Shown here one piece after another: positions 27,956 through 37,961 of a DNA stretch of 64,000 nucleotides. The notes beneath the pieces were generated by a model that was not told where the DNA came from, did not search any database, and saw only the letters and a list, made by a program, of their open reading frames with translations. The stretch is from contig OZ242374.1 in the NCBI GenBank assembly GCA_965209055.1, positions 1,632,001 to 1,696,000 on the forward strand, given 5' to 3'. This DNA is from Acidobacteriota bacterium. GTDB taxonomy: Bacteria; Acidobacteriota; UBA6911; RPQK01; JAJDTT01. Each line of letters begins with the position of its first letter. The first letter of the stretch is position 1. The position numbers and the translations under genes were made by a program.

Positions 27956-29479
27956 TCAGTGCTGATGATGCATGGGGGATCCCGTGTCCCCCTCCGTGCC
28001 CTTGGAGTTGGGAGAGACGATTTTTCGAATGGCTTCCTTCAGGCGGCTCTCCGAATCGATGAGGAATTGGGAAGAGATCACGACGCGATCGCCCACGGAC
28101 AGACCCTTCATCACTTCCCAGAATCCATTTCCGTTTCTTCCCAACGCCACCTCCCGGACCTGGAAGGTTCCGTTTCCGAGATCCAGGACCACCAGGTTTC
28201 GCCGCCCGCTGTGGATCACCGAGTCCTCGGGAACGGCCAGTGCGCCCCGGACCGACGAGACGTCGAAGGTGACGTTGGCGTACATGTCGGCGCGGAGGCT
28301 CGGATCGGGATCCATCAATTCCAGGGACACTTGGAGGGTCCGGGTCCGGCCGTTGAAGGCGGGGGACAGGAACCGGACCGCGCCTCGGAATCTCCGTCCC
28401 GGCAGGGCGGGGATCTCGACGGAGGCGGTTTGTCCGATCTGCAGCCAGGGAATCTGGTGCTCGAAGACCTCCGCCTCCACCCAAAGGCTGGATGGATCGG
28501 CGATCTTGTAAAGGTTCATTCCGGGATGGACCCGCATTCCCTCCAAGGCCTCGTCCATCTTCTCCACCACCACTCCGCCGACCGGCGAGACCAGGGTCAC
28601 CGTGTGCCGCGGCTCCCGGGACTCTTCCAGTTGACGGATCTGCTCCAAGTCGATGTGCCAGTGATCCAGGCGTTGCCGGCTGGACACCACCAGGGACCGG
28701 GCGCGCTCGGCGACCTCGGGGTAATCGTTTCCGCTGAGCCGCTCGGCGTATTCCATGGCCCGCAGATACTCCTCCTGGCTGGTCACCAGATCGGGGCTGT
28801 AGATCTCCAGAAGTTTCTGGCCTTCCTTGACCGGCTCTCCCACGTAGTTGACGTGGGCCTTCTCGATCCAACCGTCGAACTTGGTGTTGATCCAGGCCAT
28901 CTTCCCTTCGTCGTAAACCAGGTTCCCCACGGTTCGGATGGTGAAGGAGAGATCGACCCGCCGGATCGCGACCGACTGCACACCGAAGTTCTGGACGAAG
29001 GAGGGATCGATTCGAACCACGTCCTGGCGACGGGTATCGAGTTCCGTTTCCAAGCCGTCCGTCTGTTGGTTTTCGGCGGTTCGAGTCGACGTTTCGCCGG
29101 AAACACCGCGGCCCCCCATGGACCCGGTCGAACTCTTGGAACGGGACATGGCGTGGTCTGTCCCGGAGCCTTCCGGGTGGGTCCGCGAACCTTCCGAGTG
29201 TGTGCCGGAACCCTCCCGGCCGGCGGTCGATCCTTTCAACGGGCTCAGGCGCATCCCGCAGAGCGGACAGCTTCCCGGACCCTGCCGGATCACATGCGGA
29301 TGCATGCCGCAGGTCCAGAGTTGTCCTTCCGGGGTGTCCCGTTGAGGAGACAGAATGCCGATCCAGGAGGGAATTCCGGTCCGGATCCGATGAATCAGGC
29401 GCCAATCGAAAGGATCCACCAGGATCAAGGCGGCTACCGCCAGAAAAACCAGCAAGGCTGAAAGAACCCTCGCCTTCAT
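27956..29479 (-). CDS. cusB: RND periplasmic adaptor with N-terminal heavy-metal-binding domain
   Basis: WTCGMHP..GSCPLCGM, GWIEK, YSPDL, FLIDSES; His-rich linker (EGS.TH x3) and MHHQH tail. Confidence 0.9.
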   Translation of the reverse strand: MKARVLSALLVFLAVAALILVDPFDWRLIHRIRTGIPSWIGILSPQRDTPEGQLWTCGMHPHVIRQGPGSCPLCGMRLSPLKGSTAGREGSGTHSEGSRTHPEGSGTDHAMSRSKSSTGSMGGRGVSGETSTRTAENQQTDGLETELDTRRQDVVRIDPSFVQNFGVQSVAIRRVDLSFTIRTVGNLVYDEGKMAWINTKFDGWIEKAHVNYVGEPVKEGQKLLEIYSPDLVTSQEEYLRAMEYAERLSGNDYPEVAERARSLVVSSRQRLDHWHIDLEQIRQLEESREPRHTVTLVSPVGGVVVEKMDEALEGMRVHPGMNLYKIADPSSLWVEAEVFEHQIPWLQIGQTASVEIPALPGRRFRGAVRFLSPAFNGRTRTLQVSLELMDPDPSLRADMYANVTFDVSSVRGALAVPEDSVIHSGRRNLVVLDLGNGTFQVREVALGRNGNGFWEVMKGLSVGDRVVISSQFLIDSESRLKEAIRKIVSPNSKGTEGDTGSPMHHQH

Positions 29480-30816
29480 CGCTCTTCTCCCGGTCCGGGG
29501 TAACGGGTTCCGACGGCCTGCTCCATTTCCGCAAGGGCCTGCATGTAGTCGGCCTTGTATCGAGCCTGGAGCACCTGCGTCTCCAGCAGGGACCGTTCGC
29601 TGTCCAACAGTTCCAGGGCTCCCAACTGCCCGTTCCGGTATCCGGATTCGGCGGAGAGGAGGGCCTCCCGGGTCTGGGGGATCAGGACCCGTTCAAACAG
29701 GTCCATCTGTCTCCACAGGGTCCGGATGCGAACCGCCAGGTCCCGGATGGAGAGTTGAATCCGGTTCCGCAGGTCTCGATACGTGCTTCGTTGGGCGACC
29801 AGGTTTTCCGCGGCCTCCATCACCTCCGCGCGGTATTTGTGCCTCTGAAGGGGAATGTTGATGCTCACCGAGAGGTTGTAGGCGTTCTTGCCGCCGCCGG
29901 GACGCTGCGCCGGAAGCAGGTCCTGCGCCGGAAGGCCGCCGACGTTGACGGTTCCCGCGCTCAATGTGACGTCCGGCCAAAAACTCTTCTTCGCCAGCTC
30001 GACGCCCTGCTCCGTCGCTTCGATCCGGGCCATGGCTCCCTTGAGTTCCTGCCGGTGACGCACCCCCAGCTCGTAGAGTTCCTCCAGGTTGATCGCCACC
30101 TTCGCCGGAGCGGGAAGCTGGAGCCGCGGCACGAATTTCTCCGGCGGCTGGTCCGACAGGCTGTTCAGACGCGCCGCCGCCGACTGGCGTTGTTGCTGCA
30201 GCAGTTCCAGCCGGCTCATGGTCCGGCTGATCTCGGCCTGGATCCGGATCACCTCCTGCTGGTGCCCCTTCCCCGATGCGAATCGGGCTTGGGCCAGATC
30301 TTCGTAGTGATCCAGCAGAGATTGTTCTTCCCGGACGATGACCAGGGCCCGGTCCAGGTAGGCCACGTCGTAGAAGGCCCGTTTCACGCCGGCGGCGATT
30401 TCCCGTTCCCGGGCGCGGAAGAGCCGGAATTGGGCCGCCGCCCGCTTGATGGCGATCTTCCCTTTCAGGTCCAACTTTCCGAACCATGGAAACCGCTGAC
30501 TGAGCGTGAGGGTGCTCAGTTGAGGCCCCTCCCGGGTCTCCACGCTGCGAAGGAAGCGGCCGAAGGTCAGGGCGGGATCGGGCAGAGCCGTCTGTTGGGG
30601 CACCTTCTGGAGAGCCGCGCGATAACGGGCATACGCTGTCTGGATGGATGGATTGGAGTCGAGGGCGGTCCGAAGGTAGTCGCCCAGCAGAGGGTCCGGA
30701 ACGTGGAAGGCGTTCTCCGGATCCGGCTGGGCTCCGTAGACTCCCGGCAGCCCCGGCAGGAGGAAGCCCAGTCCCAGCAGCACGGCCTTCAGCAATGGAG
30801 GTGTCGATCTCGTCAT
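29476..30816 (-). CDS. TolC/CusC-family outer-membrane channel
   Basis: ALPDP, SQRFPWFGKL, Y..G..ELLD; start chosen downstream of the sigma54 site. Confidence 0.9.
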   Translation of the reverse strand: MTRSTPPLLKAVLLGLGFLLPGLPGVYGAQPDPENAFHVPDPLLGDYLRTALDSNPSIQTAYARYRAALQKVPQQTALPDPALTFGRFLRSVETREGPQLSTLTLSQRFPWFGKLDLKGKIAIKRAAAQFRLFRAREREIAAGVKRAFYDVAYLDRALVIVREEQSLLDHYEDLAQARFASGKGHQQEVIRIQAEISRTMSRLELLQQQRQSAAARLNSLSDQPPEKFVPRLQLPAPAKVAINLEELYELGVRHRQELKGAMARIEATEQGVELAKKSFWPDVTLSAGTVNVGGLPAQDLLPAQRPGGGKNAYNLSVSINIPLQRHKYRAEVMEAAENLVAQRSTYRDLRNRIQLSIRDLAVRIRTLWRQMDLFERVLIPQTREALLSAESGYRNGQLGALELLDSERSLLETQVLQARYKADYMQALAEMEQAVGTRYPGPGEER

Positions 30817-30847
30817 CGTCTCTGACCCGGTACGCTCGTCTCCGCAC

Positions 30848-30862
30848 GCAATTTTCGATCCA
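30848..30862 (-). promoter_or_regulatory. Sigma54 -24/-12 promoter of the cus operon
   Basis: TGGATCGAAAATTGC, exact GG-N10-GC spacing; divergent sigma54 activator gene nearby. Confidence 0.7.
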
Positions 30863-30962
30863 ACCGGTTCGCCTTCCTTGCATGGGGCCAAAAGTCTCTT
30901 CATTTCAGGTGTTTAGTTCTCGTTGCGCGGAGACGGTTCGGCGGGGGACAAGCCGAAATGGA

Positions 30963-31018
30963 TGATTCATATGAATCAGTAAATGTGGGAAATGGATCAG
31001 ATGTCTCATATGAAACAT
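30963..31018. promoter_or_regulatory. Two palindromic operator/enhancer (UAS) sites
   Basis: Perfect TGATTCATATGAATCA (30963-30978) and near-perfect ATGTCTCATATGAAACAT (31001-31018), shared TCATATGA core. Confidence 0.65.
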
Positions 31019-31041
31019 TTTCCGGATACAATGGTTGAGAG

Positions 31042-32430
31042 ATGAAACCCGAACGCATTCTGCTGGTCGACGACGACCGGAATTTTTTGCGGGTCCTGGG
31101 CTACCAGGTCCAGCAGTTCGGGTACGGCACTTGCTGTGTCTCTTCCGGAGACCGCGCCCTGGAGCGGGTCCGCGAGGCCGCGGTGGACCTGGTGGTCACC
31201 GACCTGCGCATGCCGGGGATGGACGGCCTCCAGTTGCTGGAACGGATCCGCCGGCTGGATCCCGATCTTCCCGTGATCGTCCTGACCGCCCACGGTTCCA
31301 TCGAGGGGGCCGTCGACGCCGTCAAGGGCGGAGCCTCCGACTTTTTGACCAAACCCTTCGAGCAGGAGGAGATCCACCATTCCATCCGGAAAGCCCTGGA
31401 GATGACGCGGCTGATTCGTGAGAACCGAAGGCTGTCCCGGGAGGTGCAGCGCAGGTTCGAATTCGGGGGGATCGTGGGATCGTCCAAGGAGTTCCGCGAT
31501 GTTCTGGAGTTGGCCCGTCAACTGGCGGTGGTGGCGACGACGGTCCTGATTCAGGGTGAGACGGGAACCGGGAAGGAACTCCTGGCCCGGGCCATCCATT
31601 TCAACGGTCCGCGAAAGAAAAGTCCATTCGTGGTTGTGAACTGTGGCGCCATTCCGCGGGACCTGATGGAGTCCGAGCTCTTCGGCCACCGCAAGGGCGC
31701 CTTCACCGGCGCCGTCGCCGACAGGCGGGGAAAGTTCGCCGCGGCGGACACCGGGACTCTGTTCCTGGATGAAGTGGCGGAGCTTCCGTTGGATATGCAG
31801 GTGAAGCTGCTCCGGGTATTGCAGCAGAAGGAGATGGATGTGGTCGGAGACCCGGAGCCCTCCCCCGTGGACGTCCGGATCCTGGCGGCCACGAACCAGG
31901 ATCTGGGCCAGGCCATGGCCGGGGGGCGATTCCGTCAAGACCTGTTCTATCGGCTCTCGGTGGCGCCGTTGAGGATCCCTCCCTTGCGGGAGCGCCGGGA
32001 GGACGTCCCGCTTCTGATCCACCATTTCCAGAAGGAGTCGTCCCGGAAACTGGGTAAGGAGGTGCGTTTCGGGGAAGAGGCGGTTTCGCGGCTGCAGTCC
32101 TACGGTTGGCCCGGAAACGTCCGTGAGTTGGAAAACCTCGTCGAGAGGCTGGTGCTCTTCAACCGGACCGGAACGGTCGAGTGCGAGGATCTGCCCGGGG
32201 AAATCCGCCGGCCGGCCGGAGATACGGACCGGGGAATGTTCCGGCTCCCGGAGAAAGGCTTTTCTCTGCAAGAACTGGAGCGCGACATCCTGCTGGCGGC
32301 GCTGGAGCGGAACCGGTGGAACCAGGTTCGGACGGCGCGGTACCTGGGAATCACCAGGAACACTCTGATCTACCGGATGCGGAAGTTCGAACTCCGGCGG
32401 ACCAGGGGTGGGGGAAAACCTCGGTTATGA
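31042..32430 (+). CDS. Sigma54-dependent NtrC/ZraR-family response regulator
   Basis: REC (DLRMP), GETGTGKE, GAFTGA, WPGNVREL, Fis HTH. Confidence 0.95.
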   Translation: MKPERILLVDDDRNFLRVLGYQVQQFGYGTCCVSSGDRALERVREAAVDLVVTDLRMPGMDGLQLLERIRRLDPDLPVIVLTAHGSIEGAVDAVKGGASDFLTKPFEQEEIHHSIRKALEMTRLIRENRRLSREVQRRFEFGGIVGSSKEFRDVLELARQLAVVATTVLIQGETGTGKELLARAIHFNGPRKKSPFVVVNCGAIPRDLMESELFGHRKGAFTGAVADRRGKFAAADTGTLFLDEVAELPLDMQVKLLRVLQQKEMDVVGDPEPSPVDVRILAATNQDLGQAMAGGRFRQDLFYRLSVAPLRIPPLRERREDVPLLIHHFQKESSRKLGKEVRFGEEAVSRLQSYGWPGNVRELENLVERLVLFNRTGTVECEDLPGEIRRPAGDTDRGMFRLPEKGFSLQELERDILLAALERNRWNQVRTARYLGITRNTLIYRMRKFELRRTRGGGKPRL

Positions 32431-33515
32431 TGGGGCAGCGCGCCAACTGGCTCGGTCCGGCCTCCATTCTGGCCGGTGTACTGGTCATCTCCGCCTTCCA
32501 CTACACCACCAGCACGGAGCACCGTTATCTGCACGAGATCTACCAGCGCGTCTACTACGTTCCCATTCTGCTTGCGGCCTTCTGGTACGGACCCGTCGGC
32601 GGGGTCTGCACGGCGCTCCTGACCAGCGGATTGTACCTCTACCACATCCAGCGGGACTGGCATCATGTCCCCATGTACACCTTCAACCAATACGCCGAGA
32701 TTTGCCTCTACCACGCCATCGGGCTCCTGGTGGGGGTCCTCTCCAGCCGGGAGAGGCGGCAGCGGAGAGACCTGGAGCGAACCTCGCGGCGCCTGTCCGA
32801 GGCGTATGAATCGCTGCAGCAGACCTTCGAGCATCTGAGGCGGGCGGATCGTCTCGCCTCCATGGGACGGCTCAGCGCCGGCATCGCCCACGAGATCCGG
32901 AATCCGCTGGGCACCATCAAGGGCTCCATCGAGATCTTGTCGGGGGAATTCCCCGCCGATCATCCCAAGCGGGAATTCCTTGGCATCGTCCACCAGGAAA
33001 TCGCTCGGCTCAATGCCATCGTGGAGGACTTTCTCCGCTTCGGAAGGCCGCCCCAACCGTCGATTCAGCCGACTCCCGTCGGAGAGCTTCTCGATTCCAC
33101 GGTGACCTTGCTGCAGAAGCCGGCGCGGGACGCTCAGATCGAAATCCGTGTCTTCGACGATCTCCGAGTGCCGCCGGTGCCCATGGACCCCGACCAGATC
33201 CGGCAGGTCATGCTGAATGTCATGCTCAACGGCCTCGAGGCCATGCCCGACGGGGGAGTGCTGGAAGCGAGAGTCTTCAGGGCGCCGGAGAGCCGGCATG
33301 TCGCCATCGAAATCTCGGACAACGGCTCCGGATCGGAAGGAGTGGATTTGGAGCGCATCTTCGACCCCTTTTACACCACCAAGGCCGAGGGGACCGGCTT
33401 GGGTCTGTCCATCTGCTTTCAACTCGTGAAGAACCATGGAGGCACCATTGCGGCCCGGGCCAACGAGGACCGCGGGCTCACCTTCAGAATCGAGTTGCCG
33501 TTGGAGGAAGTATGA
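32427..33515 (+). CDS. Sensor histidine kinase with His-rich intramembrane sensor
   Basis: [27 protein letters not shown]; N-terminal TM segments with several His. Confidence 0.92.
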   Translation: MMGQRANWLGPASILAGVLVISAFHYTTSTEHRYLHEIYQRVYYVPILLAAFWYGPVGGVCTALLTSGLYLYHIQRDWHHVPMYTFNQYAEICLYHAIGLLVGVLSSRERRQRRDLERTSRRLSEAYESLQQTFEHLRRADRLASMGRLSAGIAHEIRNPLGTIKGSIEILSGEFPADHPKREFLGIVHQEIARLNAIVEDFLRFGRPPQPSIQPTPVGELLDSTVTLLQKPARDAQIEIRVFDDLRVPPVPMDPDQIRQVMLNVMLNGLEAMPDGGVLEARVFRAPESRHVAIEISDNGSGSEGVDLERIFDPFYTTKAEGTGLGLSICFQLVKNHGGTIAARANEDRGLTFRIELPLEEV

Positions 33516-35830
33516 GTCCGGTATCCGGGCAAAGTGAAATCGATCCGGTCTGCGGGATGAAGGTGAGTCCCGGCCCCGGCGTTCCCAACGTCTCCCACGG
33601 TGGGAAGACGTACTATTTTTGCTGCCCGAATTGCGCCGAACTGTTCCGGTCCGATCCGGAACTCGCCCTTGCGCACCACGAAGGAGACCGTCCCCAGGTC
33701 CATGCGCATGACCACGGGGACGCAGGCCGCTACATCTGCCCCATGTGTCCCGGCGTCGAGTCGCCGGTGCCGGGGTCGTGTCCTTCATGCGGCATGGCCT
33801 TGCAGCCGTACGGAGCAACTGCGGAAGACGGCGGAGAATTGCGTGAGATGACCCGGCGTTTTCGCTGGAGTCTCGGTTTCACGGGTCCCCTCTTTCTGCT
33901 GTCCATGTTGGATATGGCGTCCGGACAGCCGATCTCCCGGATCCTGACTCCGGATCTCCGCCAGTGGCTCGAGCTGCTCCTGGCGACTCCCGTGGTGATT
34001 TGGGGCGGGCTTCCCTTCTGGCAGAGGGCCTGGACCTCCATTTGGAATCGCAGCCTCAACATGTTCACCCTGATTGCCCTGGGTACGGGCGCGGCCTACC
34101 TTTACAGCTTGGCGGCCGTCGGTTTTCCCAGCCTTTTCCCGGAGGCCTATCGGGACGTCCACGGTCACGTCGGCGTCTATTTCGAAGCCGCCGCCGTCAT
34201 TACGGTCCTGGTGCTTCTGGGGCAGGTTCTCGAACTCAGGGCGACGGCGCGTACCGGCAGGGCCGTCCGGTCCCTCCTGGAACTGTCTCCGCCCACTGCC
34301 CGGAAGATCGCCGCCGGTGGCGATGAAGAAGTTCCCTTGGCGGACGTGAAGCCGGGCGACCGGCTGCGAGTGCGTCCGGGGGACAAGATTCCGGTGGACG
34401 GCCGGGTGCTGGAAGGAGAGAGCAGCGTCGACGAGTCCATGATCAGCGGCGAGTCCATTCCCGTCTTGAAGCGTCCCGGGGATGCCGTGACAGGCGGGAC
34501 GTCGAACGGGTCCGGCACGCTGGTCATGGAGGCCCGGCGGGTCGGGAGCGAAACCCTCCTGGCGCGCATCGTCCGGATGGTCACCGAGGCCCAACGCTCC
34601 CGGGCCCCGGTCCACCGCCTGGTCGACCGCGTTGCGGCGTGGTTCGTCCCCGCGGTCATCGTCGTGGCGGTGGCGGCGGCGCTGACGTGGGGATTGATGG
34701 GGCCCGAACCCAGATGGGCCAATGCGCTCGTCACGGCGGCGGCGGTCTTGCTGATCGCGTGCCCCTGCGCCCTCGGTCTGGCGACTCCCATGTCCATCAT
34801 GGTGGGGGTGGGGGAGGGCGCCCGATCGGGAGTCCTGATTCGGGACGCCGAGTCGCTGGAAGTCCTGGAGCGGGTCGACACCCTCATGGTCGACAAGACG
34901 GGCACTCTCACCGAAGGACGTCCGCGGCTTGAAGCCGTGAATCCGGCCGGAGGATGGAATCGCCGGGAGATCCTGAGGCTCGCCGCCAGCTTGGAGCAGG
35001 GGAGCGAGCATCCCCTGGCCGAGGCCGTGGTCGCCGGAGCGCGCCGGGAAGGACTGGATTTGGCTTCGGTGGAACGTTTCGATGCCGTGGCGGGACAGGG
35101 GGTCCGGGGAAGGGTGGAAGGCCGGGAAGTGGCGGTGGGCAGCCGGCGGTTCCTGGCGGATCTTTCGATCCGGAATGGCGGCCTGGAGCGGCGGGCGGAA
35201 GAGTTGCGCCTGCGCGGGATGACGGCCTTCTTCGTGGCCGTCGATGGCCGGGCCTGCGGCGTTCTGGGCGTGGGAGACCCCCTCAAGCCGTCCGCCCGGG
35301 AGGCTCTGGCGCAACTGAGGCTTGAGGGCGTACGCGTCGTCATGGTCACCGGGGACGGCCGGACCACGGCCGACGCCGTGGCGAGAGAGCTGGGGATCGA
35401 ACGGGTGCGTTCGGAGATGCTGCCCGACGAGAAGGCGAGTCTGATCCGTGGATACCAGGAGGCAGGCCGGATCGTGGCCATGGCGGGAGATGGCGTCAAC
35501 GATGCGCCGGCCCTGGCGCTGGCCCAAGTGGGCATCGCCATGGGCACGGGATCCGACGTGGCCCTCCAAAGTGCCGGGGTAACGCTGTTGCGGGGGGATC
35601 TGAACGGCATCCTCAAAGCGCTCCGATTGAGCCGGGCGACCCTGGCCAACATTCGCCAAAATCTGTTTTTCGCGTTTCTTTACAACATGTTGGGTGTGCC
35701 GGTCGCGGCCGGGGTCCTGTATCCCCTCTGGGGAATCACGATGAATCCCATGCTGGCCGCCGCGGCCATGGCTCTCAGCTCTCTCTCGGTGATCGCCAAC
35801 GCCTTGAGATTGCGCCGGGTTCGGCTCTGA
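33512..35830 (+). CDS. copA: Cu(I)-translocating P1B-type ATPase with YHS domain
   Basis: DPVCGM..YFCC, CPCALG, DKTGT, GDGVND, YN and MALSS TM motifs. Confidence 0.93.
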   Translation: MSPVSGQSEIDPVCGMKVSPGPGVPNVSHGGKTYYFCCPNCAELFRSDPELALAHHEGDRPQVHAHDHGDAGRYICPMCPGVESPVPGSCPSCGMALQPYGATAEDGGELREMTRRFRWSLGFTGPLFLLSMLDMASGQPISRILTPDLRQWLELLLATPVVIWGGLPFWQRAWTSIWNRSLNMFTLIALGTGAAYLYSLAAVGFPSLFPEAYRDVHGHVGVYFEAAAVITVLVLLGQVLELRATARTGRAVRSLLELSPPTARKIAAGGDEEVPLADVKPGDRLRVRPGDKIPVDGRVLEGESSVDESMISGESIPVLKRPGDAVTGGTSNGSGTLVMEARRVGSETLLARIVRMVTEAQRSRAPVHRLVDRVAAWFVPAVIVVAVAAALTWGLMGPEPRWANALVTAAAVLLIACPCALGLATPMSIMVGVGEGARSGVLIRDAESLEVLERVDTLMVDKTGTLTEGRPRLEAVNPAGGWNRREILRLAASLEQGSEHPLAEAVVAGARREGLDLASVERFDAVAGQGVRGRVEGREVAVGSRRFLADLSIRNGGLERRAEELRLRGMTAFFVAVDGRACGVLGVGDPLKPSAREALAQLRLEGVRVVMVTGDGRTTADAVARELGIERVRSEMLPDEKASLIRGYQEAGRIVAMAGDGVNDAPALALAQVGIAMGTGSDVALQSAGVTLLRGDLNGILKALRLSRATLANIRQNLFFAFLYNMLGVPVAAGVLYPLWGITMNPMLAAAAMALSSLSVIANALRLRRVRL

Positions 35831-35862
35831 ACGACGTCAGCGCCGGCGGCGAGTCGAGTACA

Positions 35863-36624
35863 ATGGAGCCCGTGAAGACGAGCCGTTGGTTGTTGGCGCC
35901 CCTGCTCCTCCTGCTGAGCAGTCCATCCCAGGCCCAGGTCGAGTCGGACACGCTGCTGGAGAGTCTGAAGCCCCAGGGCTACGTCAGCGACTATGCGGGC
36001 GTGATGAACGCCAATCTGAGGCGTTCGTTGGAGGGCCGGCTCAGGGAATTGGAGCAAAAGACGACGGCTCAGATCGCAGTGGTCGCTCTCCGGTCTCTGA
36101 AGGGCGGAGAGATCCGGGACTTCGCCAATCGGCTCTTCGAGCGTTGGGGAGTGGGGAGGAAAGGCAAGGACAACGGCGTTCTGATGCTGGCCTCGCTGGA
36201 GGATCGCAAGATCTGGGTCGAGGTCGGTTACGGCTTGGAGGGAATCCTTCCGGACGCGAGGGTGGGACGTATTCTGGATCAGGCGGTGTTGCCGGAATTC
36301 CGCCACGGCCGCCATGGCGGAGGATTGGCGCGGGGCGCGCTCACCATTGCCGGGGTGATCGCACAGGATTCGGGAGTCACTCTCAGTGGGGCCGCCGTCC
36401 CGCGGGATTCCCGGCGAAGTCGCCGTCCGGGCGCCGGCAATCTGCTCTATCTCCTGTTTCTGCTGTTCCTTTTCCTCCGGCGGCCCCTGTTGGGAATGTT
36501 CCTGCCGCTGGGGATGGGTGCCGGGTTCCCGCGCGGCGGTTATGGCGGCGGCTTTTCGGGAGGGGGCTTCGGCGGCTTCGGCGGCGGGCTTTCCGGAGGA
36601 GGAGGCGCCGGCAGGAGCTGGTAG
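35863..36624 (+). CDS. TPM-domain (YgcG-like) membrane protein
   Basis: YVSDYA, WGVG.KG.DNGVL, EVGYGLEG.LPD, Gly-rich tail ending GAGRSW. Confidence 0.9.
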   Translation: MEPVKTSRWLLAPLLLLLSSPSQAQVESDTLLESLKPQGYVSDYAGVMNANLRRSLEGRLRELEQKTTAQIAVVALRSLKGGEIRDFANRLFERWGVGRKGKDNGVLMLASLEDRKIWVEVGYGLEGILPDARVGRILDQAVLPEFRHGRHGGGLARGALTIAGVIAQDSGVTLSGAAVPRDSRRSRRPGAGNLLYLLFLLFLFLRRPLLGMFLPLGMGAGFPRGGYGGGFSGGGFGGFGGGLSGGGGAGRSW

Positions 36625-36645
36625 ATTGCGAATCGGGTTGAGGAA

Positions 36646-37386
36646 ATGAAACCGGAAGAACTAGTCGAGAAACTGCGCAAAGTCCAACCCTTGAGTCTCA
36701 GGTCGGTCATTCTGTACGGGTCGGCCGTCGCCGGCGACTTCGTAAAGAAGCGCTCCGACTACAATGTGCTCGTCATCGCCGAACGCCTGGGGGTGGCGGA
36801 GCTGCGGACCCTCTCCGGCCCGGCCCGGCGTTGGGTCAAGGCCGGGAATCCGCCCCCGCTGCTGTTTACCCTCGAGCGGCTGAAGCAGTCGGCGGACGTC
36901 TTCCCCATCGAAATTCTGGACATGAAGGCGGCGAACCGGGTCCTTTACGGCGAGGACATCCTGAGTCGGCTTCCGGTCAATGAAGAGAATCTGAGGCACC
37001 AGGTGGAGTCGGAGCTCAAGGGGAAGCTGATCCAACTCCGCGAAGCCTACCTGATCACGGGCGGCAAGCCCCGGGCCGTGGTGGAGGTCCTGGTCCGTTC
37101 GGTCGCCTCCTTCCTGGTTCTCTTTCGGGCGGCCCTTCGCCTCTACCAGGTCGAGGCCCCGGCCAGGAAACTGGACGCTCTGGCGGCCCTGGCTCGGCAA
37201 ATCCCATTGGATGCCACGCCGTTCGAGAACGTCGAGGCCCTCAAGGAAGGGCGGATCAAGGTCAGAAAGGTCAATGCGGACGCCCTCTTCGGGGACTATC
37301 TGAAGACCGTTGAGACCGTCGTGGACGCCATCGACAGCTACGTTCACGGGCGGGAGCGAGCTGAGGAACAGGAGTTGTCGTCTTGA
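36646..37386 (+). CDS. Nucleotidyltransferase-fold protein
   Basis: ILYGSAVAGD....SDYNV, DVFPIE..D. Confidence 0.75.
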   Translation: MKPEELVEKLRKVQPLSLRSVILYGSAVAGDFVKKRSDYNVLVIAERLGVAELRTLSGPARRWVKAGNPPPLLFTLERLKQSADVFPIEILDMKAANRVLYGEDILSRLPVNEENLRHQVESELKGKLIQLREAYLITGGKPRAVVEVLVRSVASFLVLFRAALRLYQVEAPARKLDALAALARQIPLDATPFENVEALKEGRIKVRKVNADALFGDYLKTVETVVDAIDSYVHGRERAEEQELSS

Positions 37387-37961
37387 AGAAGGTATTGATC
37401 GTCTTGGGCGTGTCGTTGGGAGTGTTGCTGGTTCTGTTCCTCATCATCGGCATGAGTCTCACCGGCTCCTACAATCGGCTGGTCACTCTGAACGAGGGGG
37501 TGGAGAGCGCCTGGGCCCAGGTGGAGACGGTATTGCAGCGGCGCTACGACCTGATCCCCAACCTGGTGAACACGGTGAAGGGTTTTGCGGCCCAGGAGCG
37601 GGAGGTCTTTACCGAGGTCACCCGATTGCGCAGCCAGTGGGGAGCGGCCCGGACCACCGCCGACAAGGCTCAGGTCGCCGGCCGGATGGAAGGAGCCCTG
37701 TCCCGCCTGCTCCTGGTTGCCGAGCGCTACCCGGATCTCAAGTCCAATCAGAACTTCCTGGCCCTGCAGGATGAGTTGACCGGGACCGAGAACAGGATTG
37801 CCGTGGAGCGGCGCCGTTACAATCAGACGGTCCAGAACTACAACACCACGGTTCGCCGGTTTCCCACCAACCTGGTGGCCGGATTTTTCGGCTTCGAGCG
37901 CAGCACGGCTTACTTCGAAGCCTCCGAGGGAGCCGAATCGGCTCCCACCGTGGAGTTCTGA
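37383..37961 (+). CDS. lemA: LemA family protein
   Basis: RRYDLIPNLV, ERYPDLK, ELTGTENRIAVERRRYN. Confidence 0.95.
   Translation: MKKVLIVLGVSLGVLLVLFLIIGMSLTGSYNRLVTLNEGVESAWAQVETVLQRRYDLIPNLVNTVKGFAAQEREVFTEVTRLRSQWGAARTTADKAQVAGRMEGALSRLLLVAERYPDLKSNQNFLALQDELTGTENRIAVERRRYNQTVQNYNTTVRRFPTNLVAGFFGFERSTAYFEASEGAESAPTVEF

Noticed and set aside
29150-29220. 21-bp imperfect tandem repeat in cusB
   Set aside because: Encodes a His-containing linker (EGS.TH), a common variable feature of CusB proteins
30817-30903. Longer TolC start at 30903
   Set aside because: Would span the sigma54 promoter and bury the signal peptide
37910-37961. 52-bp convergent overlap of lemA and trmI
   Set aside because: Short tail overlaps are common in compact GC-rich genomes; no further signal
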